NCBI GenBank assembly: GCA_017654855.1
Contig: CM030334.1
Span: 2,108,001-2,172,000 of the forward strand
DNA: 64,000 nt
Direction: 5' to 3'
Origin: Podospora anserina
Taxonomy: Eukaryota
Positions 48,168 through 61,805 of this stretch are shown piece by piece. Made by a program: the position numbers and the translations under genes. Every line of letters begins with the position of its first letter. Positions within the stretch are counted from its first letter, which is position 1. The notes under the pieces are model-generated. The model was given only the letters and a program-made list of their open reading frames with translations, did no database searches and had not been told where the DNA came from.

Positions 48168-49523
48168 ATGCGCGCATTATTTTGGATATTTTTGCTTGGA
48201 TGCGCCTGCTGGGAGGCTGCACGCGCTGCCAGCTTAGTGCCAGGGAAGGCCTTTGATCGTTTGATCACGATATGGCTGGAGAATCAGGTTGGTCCAACAG
48301 TCCACACACAACCATTCCACATGTGCTCCATAACATGTTTACTGACCAGTATAATGGTACGTGTAGGACTATGCCAAGGTTGTCTTGGAGCCTAGCATCG
48401 CCGACCTGAAGAGGAAGGGCATCTTGCTCACGAGGTTCTATGCGCACACCCATCCATCCCAGCCAAACTACCTGGCCGCCATCGGTGGGGATTATTGGGG
48501 CCTCGATCACGATGACATGGTTCATATCCCTGAGAACGTCTCGACAGTGGTGGACTTGCTGGATTACAGGAACATAAGCTGGGCAGGTTACTTTGAGGAC
48601 ATGCCCGGCCCGGGGTACATGGGGAACTATAGTGATGGACAGACTGGGAACGGCACATGGGACTATGTGAGGAAACACAAGTACGAACACGTGGAATCGG
48701 GCTTCCTGATGGAGAATGCTAACCTCGTACCAGTCCATTTGTGTCGTATGAAAGCGTCATTATGGAGGGAGAGCGGCTGCTGGCCCTAGACTCCTTCCGT
48801 GCCTTCCAAAGGGCCTTCAAGGCAAAGGAGGTTCCCCAATTTGTGTTCATGACCCCCAACATGAGTACGTATTCTTCCATCTCTTCATCACCCGCCGCAG
48901 TACAGATCAAAGACTGACATGGCGCAGTGAACGATGGCCACAACACGAGCAACAAGTTTGCTGCTGACTGGGCCCACAAGTTCCTTCAACCTCTTCTGGA
49001 TCCTAAAGCTTTCGACGAAAATACGTTGATAATGCTTACGTATGACGAATCGGAAGATTACAGCCAGCCTAACCACATCGTCACTTTGCTTCTGGGAAGC
49101 GCAATTCCTCCAGCGCTCAAGGGAACAGAAGACAGCACCTTCTACACCCACTTCAGCTTGCTCTCGACCATCCAAAACAACTGGATACTGCCCAATCTCG
49201 GCAGGTATGACGTTGGAGCAAATGTGTTTCAGTTTGTTGCAGATGCGTCTGGTTACACCAAGAACAAGGAGCCTGCCAATGCAGCGTCAGTCAACAATTC
49301 AATATCATACCCGGGGTTTCTGCACACCGAGCCCACAAACAGACTGGACATCCCAATACCAAACGACAAATTGATTGGCGCCGGTGGGCTTCCGATCCTT
49401 GACAAGATCAAGCAGAAATGGGCCGGTAACATCAAGAAGGTGGGGAAGACGCCGTACGACGGCAGCGGGAATGTGCACGATGGCGACAACCCGCCAGTCT
49501 ACAACCCTCCCAAGGCCAATTGA
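48168..49523 (+). CDS. Secreted acid phosphatase (phosphoesterase family)
   Basis: Signal peptide MRALFWIFLLG, then VPGKAFDR...WLENQ|DY, THPSQPNY, YVRKH|NPF, FMTPNM|MNDGH, TYDESE and YTHFSLLSTIQNNW. Three introns. Confidence 0.93.
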
Positions 49524-50054
49524 TTAGATAATTGGATACCCAGCATAAGTCTTCCCTTGCAGGTTGTGCTTCTCGTGTGTGCTCCGTGGCTCCTTCCATT
49601 TCTACAGTTTCTCCGGCCCTTCACTCGGTCGCTGTCATCGTTCCTTCCCTATGGCAGCACTGCTATCCATGCCCCTTACAATTTTGGGAAGCTGCGGGTG
49701 CCAATGAAGGGCCCTGCCGTGCGTCCATGTCATTCATCTTCGGACCTGAACTTCCATCAATCTCGCACACACTTCGGAAGGAAAGCTGCAAGTCGTCCGC
49801 AAGAGGGAGGCCCTGGTAATGGCCCCAAGGAACTCTGTTTGCTTCTGCCTCGGCGGGAACATCCCCTCCTGTGTTTCTCAGCAGCCCTCTCGTATCTCTT
49901 GACATCTTCAGACCTGCCATTCCATGCATGGCAACCTCTGGGAGACCAGCCCACACCACCACCACCGTTTCTTGGAATACTTTGTAGATCCTACATCTTT
50001 GCATGCCCCCCGAGTTGGTGATGCCTGCTGGCCTGTCCGAATCACGTCGCAATC

Positions 50055-53000
50055 ATGGCCGTCTTCTGCTGCTGCACTTCGGCACGGTCGTCCAAAACAC
50101 GGACAATCGCACCAAGAAGTCCTGAGCCTGTGTTACCTTCACCACCACCCCCTGCTCGCCTCCCCGGACCCCTTACCCTGAATCCAGTCAATCCACTCTC
50201 GACTGAGACATCGCCCAGATCGCTCTCATCACTTCAGCCTTCGGTACCTGCCACCATCAGCCCCATCGAACCCATAGAGCTCGGCCAGTTGGTAGTCGAA
50301 GACTCGGACAGTGAAGATGAGCCTGACCATCCAGCACCCCACAATAAGAGCACCAGCACCCTCCACCTGGTCCGCACCCGTATCCGCCGTCACCTCTCCC
50401 AGGATTCGCTCTCAAAGAAGAAGGCTCGGTCTGCAGTGGGCTTCACCGAGGAGGAGATTCAGCGACGAGCCGAGCTGAAACGTCTTATGCACAAAAGAAT
50501 CCAGGAGGAGCTCCGGAGTGAAGAAGGGCAAAAATCCACACGGAGTGAAGTCTCCTCTGATCGACACCCTGGCAGTCCCAAGATAGACCTTCTTCCTGGC
50601 GGCGGACCGCGGGACAATATCGAGTTTGTTGTTGCCGATGACAGCAGGCCCAACTCACCCGGAATGAACAGTGAAGCACCGGATGCTGGTCAGACTGATC
50701 CCGAAGCTCTTGCACCGGTTGCCGCAAACTCCAAAACAGTTCGAGAACAAGGCTCCTTCCCAGAGATGCCAGCATCACCAGATCTTGTGCCTCGGCGGTA
50801 TCCAAGCACTAGCGAGACCTCCTCAATTGCTTCCTGGCGGCTTTCTTACAGTGCAGGCCAGCTCGACGAACTGGCCAGCTACATTGACCGAGGAGAGCCA
50901 TCGAGTCATGTAGATGCTGTGCACAGCTCCTCTGCGTTACACCCGGAATCCATCATTCGTCTTCCAACCTCGGGATTGCATCCACCACGCCCTGCCCATT
51001 CGTTGTCACGCTCACATTCGTCACCCGCCCGACCGGGCACGCAAGTTACTGAGACCGCATCCGTTGCAGAGCAGTCTCCATTGAGCGTCTGGCTGCGAAG
51101 TCAGGGCCTTCGATCTCGTTCTTCCTCGCCTGCAAGATCATCCGAACAAGACTTTGAGCAAGGTGCAAGTGTTCAGCAAGCCGAGGTGGTTTATCTCAGG
51201 AGATGGAGCTCTGTTCAAAATTCTGCCGTCCCAGAGGCTGAGAGTCAGAAGCCGGAAATAGTCCACCTCTACGACATGGATATTCATCGCCAGTTGGGAA
51301 CTCAAACTTTCAACACACCAATGGATTCTCCAACACGATCCCGATCGATGAGAAACAGTGGTGCAAGCGGTTCCTGCGGTGCTCAAACTTCGGGAAGTAC
51401 AATCCGTCCCTCTTCCGACCCTCCAAGCAAACCTCCAAGCAACAAGTCGACTTTCAACCACTCTGAAGTTATCTTGGCTCCACACGACCCGAATAACCTG
51501 GGGACAAAATCATCGTCGGTGTACCCATCAGCTGGACAAAGTGTACAGTTGAGCGCAGGCGCGTCTTCTCTTGATCTTCCGGCGACACTTGGCCCCCACG
51601 AGTTACCGCCAGCTTTTACTTTGCCAGGTTTCAAATGTGTGTGAGTCCCATGCTTGTGATTGGCAGTTGCTAACTCTGGACTGACAGGGCTCGATGCTGT
51701 GAATAATCCACACCTTGTAGGAGAATCGGTGGAAAGTTCCCACCGAACAACAGGAGAAAACTCGGTCAACAACAGTTTGCCACTTCTGGAAGGACGCTCA
51801 GAGCTCCACAGGTCTTCGACAGTTACAAAAGCCGATGCCTCGAGCAGGGTCCGCAAGGAGTCTCAACTGGATACGGTTGAAAAGAGTATCGGATATTTTC
51901 ATCTTGGCCACGGTGCACCTGCACTTATCGTCAAGAGGTTCCGGAAGGAGGCAGACACACCTCCCCCGGAGCCGGTGAAACACTCTTTTCTGGCACGCCT
52001 TCATTTGACCATCCCTAGAAGAACCAAAATAAGCCCACGAAACTTTGACGGTGCTGTCACAGAACAAGAACAGGAGCAGGGGCAGGGACCGAACTGGGAG
52101 CCAGAGCCGTCACCACCACCGTTGAGACATTGTCCAGGCGTCAAACGTGGGCGTCCTGACTCTTGGGGAACAGCCATCACCTCACTGTACCACCCTCTAA
52201 CCCCGATTCTTTCCGAGTATGAAGGCAGTGCAGATGATCTGTGGAGGTTAGGCATACGCGACGAGTCTCCGAAACAACAGACGGAGTCTCGCGGTATCAA
52301 AGCCCATCGCCGTGGTTCGAGTTTCCCCGAAAGTCTGAACAAGAGGCTCCAAGCTGTTGCCGATTCGGAGCACAGTGGCGGCTCCTCTGGGTATATGGGT
52401 GTTCCGAGTACCGACCCGTCTTGTCGTTTCTCGTCTGCACCGGGCTCGCCGGTCTCTCATACAACTGATTGCGGCTTGTCGTCCATCGCAGAGACGACCG
52501 AGACCCCCAAGCGCAGTTCGTCCACAGGCCTCCAAAGCCCAATTTACGATGCATTCAGAACACACTACCCAGCAAGAAGCAGCGATTTCACCCGAGACTG
52601 TCCCAGATCCCCACTGGCACAGACAGGCTCCCGACTTCGTGACTCTTCTACTCCTGGCGACCAATCTACCTGCGTCACCCCTGAGCTCGTTGCGGACCAC
52701 CCGGAAATCGTGATTGAAGCCGCACGCCAACCCCACAAAAACGACTCCCGCCTTACTCTCAAGTCGAGCACCCAGTCCTTCTCTGGGAAGTTTGGGAAAG
52801 CCATCAAGTCAAGTTTTGGAAAGCTCGTCCCCCACCGCGGGCCCTCCAACAGCACTGGTTCGAAGTCGCTGGAAAGCCTCAAAAGGCGAGGAAGCGGAGC
52901 CAGAGCAGAGGTTGTGAAACTTCAAAAGTCACAAGACGTAGGAGTTTCATGCCGGGGCCCGAAGTATTGGCAGACAAATACGCCAAAAAGGGGTCGCACG

Positions 53001-53483
53001 ATTTCTCTCAGCACACGGATGGCGACCTTGTTGCATTCTGACTCGAATCCCGAAGAGGAGAAGCGACAGCATCCTAGCCATCACCAGCTCCGGCATCGTG
53101 CACCTCTTTGTGCACTGCCTATAAATACACCTATTCGAGATCAACAAGCCAGCAGTAGCGCAGACAACAGCAAAGACTCGGCGACGACAGCCGAAAAGTT
53201 TATTACGCCATTCAGCTCATTTTATCACAGCAACAATGATACGGCATCGTTTCACTCTTGTCATGATAAAGGGGATACTACGGATATCAATTCCATCAAA
53301 AGCGATAGCACACTGGCTCATCGACTGCATATTGCCTCGGCGCCTCACTTGAGTGCGCTGCCGGCGGGAGCGGCCAAGTTCCAGACTTGGAGTGGGAGGG
53401 AGAGGAGCAGGCCGCTGATTACGGTGCAGAGCATGGAGCAGATGCGGTTGAGGAGGGTGAATACGGTGGTGAGAGTTGTGTGA
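50055..53483 (+). CDS. Large Ser/Pro-rich hypothetical protein (two exons)
   Basis: Two long ORFs (529 and 607 aa) separated by an intron of about 51639-51688 (GTGAGT...CTAAC...CAG). Mostly low complexity, with one helical island RRAELKRLMHKRIQEEL. Confidence 0.75.
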
Positions 53484-54090
53484 TGTGTGTGTTGAGGGAA
53501 CTGGTGAAGGGTGACAGTGTGTGGTCAAGAATGGTCAGCGGGTGCTTGAGTGAGCAACAAGGCAGATTTTGTTTTTGGTTGTTTATGATGGGGGTTTATG
53601 AAGGACAGCTTTTTTTTTTTTTTCGCATGGTGGGCTGTTTTGGTAGGTGCATGTCTATACTATTTCAGCTCTTATAACGCCGACCTCAAGGACGCAGCAA
53701 AAAGGGGAGGAAGAAGGCCGGACATGTATGGTTAGAGTTGTGGTATATTAGGGGATATGAAGGGGGGTGGTTATGGTTATTTATTGGGCAGTTGTAAAAG
53801 ACGGGAGTGTAGGTATAGTTTATGTAGCTGTGACAAGGGGTGGAGGAGTGTTGTTAATAGAGTACATATTGGTTGACGATGGGTTGTATTGTCTGGGTGA
53901 CTGTTCGGTGGTGATCGATATGGCACGATCAATGTTGACAAGGCATGATCTAAAGCTGGAGACTGGGTCTTGCGAGCGTGTCGTTCAGTTGGGACATGCA
54001 ATCAGACACATTTATGGAGACAAAAGTAAGCCGAAAGAAGCCCATCATAATTCATTACTATTACAACCAAAACTATCTCTCACTCACTCT

Positions 54091-56361
54091 CTACTTGACC
54101 TTACTCATAATCGTCTCCGGCCCCCTAACCACATCCATCTGCGCGGCCCTCGCCTTGACGGCATTCAGCATACTCCTCTCAAAGTCATCCCTGCTCCTCA
54201 ACACGGCCTCGACCCAGCTGATCTGCAAGTCCCAATACGACGTCTTGAAGCCCGCAAACGTGTCCGGGATCTGTTCCTTTTCCGCAGTCAGCAGGCCCAG
54301 AAACGCCTCCGTGACCCTCCACGTCTCCTTGATGGCGTTGCCCACTTCCGGGTTGGGAAGGGAATTAAAAAACTCGAACGCGGTAGACAAGTCGTCAAAG
54401 ATCTTGTCCTGAAAGTTATCCACCCTCCTAAACTTGGCGCCCTTGTTCCTGACCGAGCCGAGGTACCGGACGAGGAGCTCGTCGGCAAAGATTTCGATAA
54501 AAATGTCAACGAGCGAGTGGTGCAGCACCATCCTGTAGTCCGAGACGTACTCCTCAAACGTGGCGATCATGCGCGCCATGTGGGTGGTGGTGTACCACTT
54601 TGGCGTGAAAAAGTCAGGCATGACAGTCCTAAAGTCAACGGAAAAGACCAGGCTGGCAAACTTGGCCATGCACCACGTGGACAAGTCAACGTAGCCGTCC
54701 CGTAGGGTGGTGACTTCTGCTTCGGCGCGGTCCATGTACTGGGGCGTGACGAGGGGAGAAAACTTTTTCCTAAAGTCCGAGAGGTAGGCCAGCCGGCCTT
54801 CTTCCTCGTTGTCGTCTATGCAGGCTATCTGGTCGTTCGCCGTGGCCACAAGCCAGTCCTGCAGCGGTTGGAACCCCTCCAGGTCGCCCGTGGTGGAGTT
54901 TTCGTACCGTGCAGACTCGTCCTCGAGCATCTTCTGCCAGGCCTGCTGGCGTTGGCGTAGGCGTTGGAACATGGCGTCGACTACACCCTCGACCACATCC
55001 GCTCGCTTGGAGTTGGCTGCTGCTTCGAGTTGTTCCCTCAGCATGCGCCAGAGATCGATGAGGTTCTTGTTGCGAAAATACCCGTACTCGTCTGTTTCCA
55101 GGTTCCCGCCGTCGACACCTCGTTCAGCAAAATCCTTCCTCTCCGCCGCCCAAATCCGATCAATCCACTCGTCTAAAAACTTGATGATGAGCTGTCTGAA
55201 ATCCCTCACCAGCTCCGTCTCCCTGTTGTCGATGACCTGCACCCCCAACTCCTCCTGCTTGAACCCCAACTTCAGCATCTTCCTATAATACTTCTCCGGC
55301 CACCCCACAATCTCCAACGTGTGGCTACTGCTCGTCTCCGGGTCCTCCACGATCCCAATCAAGAAATCATGCATCATCTGGTGAAAGATCACCGCCCACG
55401 TCTTGAAAATCTTCCACTTCCTCGGCATCAGCTGCTTCTGCTCCATCCCCAACCTCACCGTGTTCAAATCATTAAAATACCACCTCAAACTCTTCTCCAA
55501 CCCCCCCGGATCCCCCATAAACTCCTGCCTGCTCTTCTCAAACTGCGGCGCCGCCGCGTCCTTGATGCACTCCAAAAACCTCTCCTTGTACCCCCTCACA
55601 GTCTTGGCCCCGTCAGTAATGCTCTGAAACCTCGTCGCAATCTCCCTATGGTCCTTCAGCGCCTCCTGCAGCGCCATAACCCTCTGATCACTCTTCTCCT
55701 CCGCCTCCACAATCAACGCAAACCTCACCACCAAACTCTCATTCTCCGCCTGCACCAACGTGATCAAACTCATAGCAATCAGCTCAATCCTCTCATCAAA
55801 CACCCTCACCACCCCATCCAACCTCTCAAAATAATCCTCCAACGTCACCCTCAACCCCGGATCATCCCCCCTACTAATCTGCTCCATCGCATCATCCCTT
55901 ATATTCCTCAACCTCGTCAGCTCATAATGCACCCTCAACAAATTCGGCATTGCCTCGTAATCAGCCTCGTCCTCCCTCAGCATCTCCTCCACCTCCGCCA
56001 CCCTCTCCGCGAACCCCTCCAGGTTCCTCCTCATCGTCTCGACAGCGTTGAAGTTACGATGTGCTTGACTGACGAGGTTGATCGTCGCAAAGTCTGTGCC
56101 CGTGATCTGATTTTGGGATTCCGAGGCGATCTTGTCAATCTTGATCATTTCTTCCTTAATCGACTGTAGTGTTTTTTGCGAGTCGGATAGGTGCGTCATG
56201 CCGGATTGGGTTGTTTCGAGCTGATCGCGCAGGCCGGCGCGGAGCTGGGAGTCGATCAGGGACTTTTTACGGGCGAATTCGGTTTTGAGGGCCGAGAGCT
56301 TGTCGAAGAGGTCGTCTGGGTGGCGGAGGAGGGTGGGGAGGTGGACGGGGGGGATGTCCAT
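54091..56361 (-). CDS. SEC6: Exocyst complex component Sec6
   Basis: 756 aa helical protein with LLRHPDDL..KL, IDSQLR, WLVATANDQIAC, DFFTPKWY and WVEAVLRSRDD, ending ETIMSKVK. Confidence 0.95.
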   Translation of the reverse strand: MDIPPVHLPTLLRHPDDLFDKLSALKTEFARKKSLIDSQLRAGLRDQLETTQSGMTHLSDSQKTLQSIKEEMIKIDKIASESQNQITGTDFATINLVSQAHRNFNAVETMRRNLEGFAERVAEVEEMLREDEADYEAMPNLLRVHYELTRLRNIRDDAMEQISRGDDPGLRVTLEDYFERLDGVVRVFDERIELIAMSLITLVQAENESLVVRFALIVEAEEKSDQRVMALQEALKDHREIATRFQSITDGAKTVRGYKERFLECIKDAAAPQFEKSRQEFMGDPGGLEKSLRWYFNDLNTVRLGMEQKQLMPRKWKIFKTWAVIFHQMMHDFLIGIVEDPETSSSHTLEIVGWPEKYYRKMLKLGFKQEELGVQVIDNRETELVRDFRQLIIKFLDEWIDRIWAAERKDFAERGVDGGNLETDEYGYFRNKNLIDLWRMLREQLEAAANSKRADVVEGVVDAMFQRLRQRQQAWQKMLEDESARYENSTTGDLEGFQPLQDWLVATANDQIACIDDNEEEGRLAYLSDFRKKFSPLVTPQYMDRAEAEVTTLRDGYVDLSTWCMAKFASLVFSVDFRTVMPDFFTPKWYTTTHMARMIATFEEYVSDYRMVLHHSLVDIFIEIFADELLVRYLGSVRNKGAKFRRVDNFQDKIFDDLSTAFEFFNSLPNPEVGNAIKETWRVTEAFLGLLTAEKEQIPDTFAGFKTSYWDLQISWVEAVLRSRDDFERSMLNAVKARAAQMDVVRGPETIMSKVK

Positions 56362-57413
56362 TTTGGAGGTGTTATATGGGGGTCGATGGGAGGCGTGGTT
56401 GTTCGTCGGAGGTTATGAGAGGGGTTCGGTGTGGTGGTGGTGATGGTTCGGGGGTGGCCTGGAGGGGCTGCGCATCAATAGGGGTGGTTCGGAGGCGTCG
56501 CGGGATAATTGAATATCGTTTTGTTTGGGGTATCAGAGGCTGGCTTTCATCAGTCGTAAACGTCTTCTCACATATGCCGAGAGATGTCGTTGGTGTTGTT
56601 GTGGGGTTGTGTTGAGTTCAAGGACAAGGTATCGTTGATGTTTGGGGATCGTTCGTAGCCTTGCAGCAACTGGGACGGGGGACGAGCTTCTGGAATGCGG
56701 CTGTGGCCCGTGCGTCAAGCTCGGAATCTCGTTGAGGAGAGGCACAAGCCGAGCTTCTCAAGCTCCCAGAAACTGGCAATGTGATGTTAATTAGAGATTG
56801 AGACTAACTGTGAGATTGGGTTTGGAAATTAGCTACCCTACACTGAATAGGGCTTCAGATCAGGCTGTCGAGGAGGAACTGGTGAAGCAAGGCTGCTATA
56901 TCTGGATATCCCTTCATCAACAGTAACGTCATAGCAAGCTGGCGAGCCAGAATGTGCCCTCATCGGCCTTACATCTCCGATCCCAACGGATATCAATCAT
57001 AGGTCCGTCTCCAAGGGCACGCTATCCGGCTATGCCGAAGAGGCCCAAACAAGCTCCCATCTGTCATCCTCGAAGCTTGTCACAAGAAAGAGCTGTTTGT
57101 TAGACTGGATGTCAGTCGACTCTCGCCACAAGCTTCTGGTGTCAGACCAGGTCCCAAGCACATCAGTAGGTAGTTCGTTATCAGTTCGTCTCCGGTATCC
57201 CATCTCCCCCACCCTTCCATCGCCCAAATAAAACATCACCAGATCGTAGTTCAAGCCCTGATAAAAGACCAGCAGCATCGTGTAACTCTATTCGGTCTAT
57301 CCACCTTCTCATCAAGGCACGTATCGTATCATATACAATTCTCTCCCCTCTTACTTCCCCTCCGATATCATCTCCCTGCCATCGTCCTTGCTTCCTAGTG
57401 GCACAAAGACCGT

Positions 57414-57726
57414 TTACTTCGCAGGGTGGTAAGTTTGCCAGACTGTCCTCCTTTGTCAGCGTCCATCCCCACTCCCTCAACCTCATCATCACCATCCCCA
57501 AAAATAACTCACCGGCAATACCAAAAGGCAAAGTAAACCCAACAGTGCAGTAAGTCCAGTACTTGATCGCGAATCCCTTCTTGCGGGGGTTGAAGGGAAT
57601 GTTGGAAAGGGGACCCTCAGGGTAGTGGTAAGGCGACGACAGCTGGGCGCGGGTGGTCGAGAAGCCGCGGCGGGCGACCGCCTGGCGGAGGACAGGAGAA
57701 GCAAGAGTGCGGGAGGCGGCGATCAT
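57414..57726 (-). CDS. COX8: Cytochrome c oxidase subunit VIIc (yeast Cox8 family)
   Basis: Presequence ...ARRGFSTTRAQL, then YHYPEGPLSNIPF and a TM segment GFTLPFGIA|VWQTY split by an intron near 57444-57511. An additional 5'UTR intron at 57727-57840 ends just before the ATG. Confidence 0.92.
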
Positions 57727-58123
57727 CTTCAAGAGGGGGGGGGCAAGTAAACAGCTCAGTTAGCTTCTCTGATCAACTTTGTTTCAATTGGGGTGTCGCT
57801 GTCGTGGTTGTCGTCGGGCATGTAAGAGAGAGGGACTCACTTTGACAGAGTGGAGAGAGTTTGCTGAACTATCGTCGTCAGAGGGTCGGAGAGAGATTGA
57901 AGTTCGATTGTGTTGCTCGCCTGTGACGTTCCACACTTTCTCCGGGATTGCAGTTGCGGGAGCTCGGGCCAACCGCGGAAGAACGAAAAGTGGTGTGACT
58001 TTGACGCTCACATGTGGGGATTTCTCACCCAGAGGAAACTTATGTAAGCGAACACCATCAAGGACATCAACTTCATGATACAAATTACTTGCACCAATTG
58101 GCTATTAATTCATGGTATCACAT

Positions 58124-59800
<1,677 letters not shown>

Positions 59801-60353
59801 TTATACAAGCGAGTTCTGGCGCAAGCAGCGGGTTGCTGACTGATGGCACGATGGAATTCCAAATCCAACGTCCGAAATCCCACTCTCACAACGGCGCAAC
59901 GGTAAGATCTAAGATGCCGATACGCAGAAGTCCAAAGAAAACAAAGAAACGGCGCTCAGGTAAGCAATTGTCGATTATACATAGATACTAATTCTTTGCG
60001 ACTCGGCTGCCCCCGCTCCTCCGGTTCGGCTGCGTCATTGCAGGGGTCAGTGACAAATTCCGGGCTGGGCTTCAAAAGAGATCCCTCGCCCCACTGTTTC
60101 TGACAGGGGCTGTCAACTTCACCATGCACTAACAATTATTGCCCTGAACGATGATCAAGACTCGAGGTACGTACCGATGATGAGAGCATCTCAACTCACA
60201 ACTCAATCAAATCTGATGGTTTGACGACAATTGTAAGATGGGCTTACAAGGGAGACACGGGTAATGCATGGTCAATGTCCAATTTTTAATTTTCTTCCTC
60301 TTTCTTGACTTCTATTTTTTACCTTCTCGTGAGCATCTCATAAGACTCCCACC

Positions 60354-61805
60354 ATGACAACCACCAAACTCACCCTCCCCGGCAAGCTCACCGTCGCCCA
60401 GCTCCAATCCCTCTGCTCCTCCACCGGCCTCCCCCAGGCCGGTTCCAAACCCACCATCCAACAAACCCTCCGCCAAGCAGCCCAATCCGCCCAACACATC
60501 CCCGACACCGCTCGCATACTGAGCATCGACCTCGGCCTCAAAAACTTCGCCTTCAGCCTCCTCACACCCGCCTCAAGCCCTTCAGAGAAGACACCCTTAC
60601 CAACACCCCCCGATTCATCATCAGTTCCCCAGGCATTACTCCCACCCGTCACCCTCCACCACTGGAACCACCTCAACCTAACCACCCCCCTCCTCCCACA
60701 AGATGACCCAATCCAATTCACCCCCTCCTCCTTATCCTCACTAACCTACTCCCTCATCTCAACACACCTCCTCCCCTTGAAACCAACGCACATCCTCATC
60801 GAGCGCCAGCGCTTCCGCACCGGCAACGCCTCAAACATATTCGAATGGACGATCAGGGTGAACACGCTGGAATCAATGCTCCACGCCTGTTTTGCAACCC
60901 TCAAAGGGGTCGACTTATTCCATGGCAATGTCATTTCCATCTCACCAAAGACAGTAGCCGGTTACCTCTTTCCCAAAAGTGAGGCCAAGGCCGAGGGAGG
61001 GGGGAAGAGCCAAAATGCGTACCATTTGTTGAAGGCGAATAAAGTCGGTATGTTGGGGGAGTGGTTACAGCAGGGGAAACTGATAAAGCCACAGGACCAA
61101 GGGGCGGGGATGGCAAAGGGTTTTCTGGAGGCGTGGAGGGCGAAGGGGGTGAGGGGGAAGAAGAAGAGGGAGATGGAGGAGGGGGTGCTGGGAAGGGGGG
61201 TGAAGTTGGATGATTTGAGTGATTCGGTGTTGCAGGGGATGGTTTGGTTGCAGTGGCAGAGGAACTTGGAGGGGTTGAGGGGGGTGGATTTTGGGGAGGA
61301 GGAGAAGGGGGTTGCGAAGGCGATTAGCAAGGTGAAGAAAGGGACCGGGAGGATCAAGCATGTTGATGTGCATGATGAGGGGTATGGAGGGGTTGGGGTG
61401 GATGCTGTGTTGAAGGGGGGTGGTGGGAAGAAGAAATCGGGGAGGAGGAAAAAGACCGCCGTGGCTCAGGAAGTTATTGATGAAGTGGCGTTGTTGGAGA
61501 CTCCAAAGAAGAGTCGTGGGCGGTCCAAGAAGGTAGAGGGGATCAAGGAGGCGGAAGATATTGGAACAGCCGGAACAGAACCGGTCAAAAAGCGGCCTGG
61601 TCGACGGAAAAAGGCGTCAGTCGAAGAAGAGAATGCTGAAGAGGTTGTGCTGGAGGCAGGTACTAAGAAAAAAAGCCGTGGTAGGCCAAGGAAAGCAGCT
61701 GTTGGTGGGAGTGACAAAGTTGAGGTGGCAGCGGCTGAGATGAAACCTTCCAGAAGAAGGTCAGCTCGAATTGAATCGAACGAGGATGATATCGTCTTGA
61801 TATAA
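60354..61805 (+). CDS. CCE1: Mitochondrial Holliday junction resolvase Cce1/Ydc2
   Basis: SAP-like N-terminus (LTVAQLQSLC..TGL...GSKP), plus ILSIDLGLKNFAF, ILIERQRFR, EWTIRVNTLESML and KLDDLSD. Confidence 0.92.
   Translation: MTTTKLTLPGKLTVAQLQSLCSSTGLPQAGSKPTIQQTLRQAAQSAQHIPDTARILSIDLGLKNFAFSLLTPASSPSEKTPLPTPPDSSSVPQALLPPVTLHHWNHLNLTTPLLPQDDPIQFTPSSLSSLTYSLISTHLLPLKPTHILIERQRFRTGNASNIFEWTIRVNTLESMLHACFATLKGVDLFHGNVISISPKTVAGYLFPKSEAKAEGGGKSQNAYHLLKANKVGMLGEWLQQGKLIKPQDQGAGMAKGFLEAWRAKGVRGKKKREMEEGVLGRGVKLDDLSDSVLQGMVWLQWQRNLEGLRGVDFGEEEKGVAKAISKVKKGTGRIKHVDVHDEGYGGVGVDAVLKGGGGKKKSGRRKKTAVAQEVIDEVALLETPKKSRGRSKKVEGIKEAEDIGTAGTEPVKKRPGRRKKASVEEENAEEVVLEAGTKKKSRGRPRKAAVGGSDKVEVAAAEMKPSRRRSARIESNEDDIVLI

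Noticed and set aside
60145-60220. ATGATGA...CTGA box C/D-like pair in the GLR1-CCE1 spacer
   Set aside because: The spacing is too short, and there is no terminal stem or recognisable rRNA-complementary guide.
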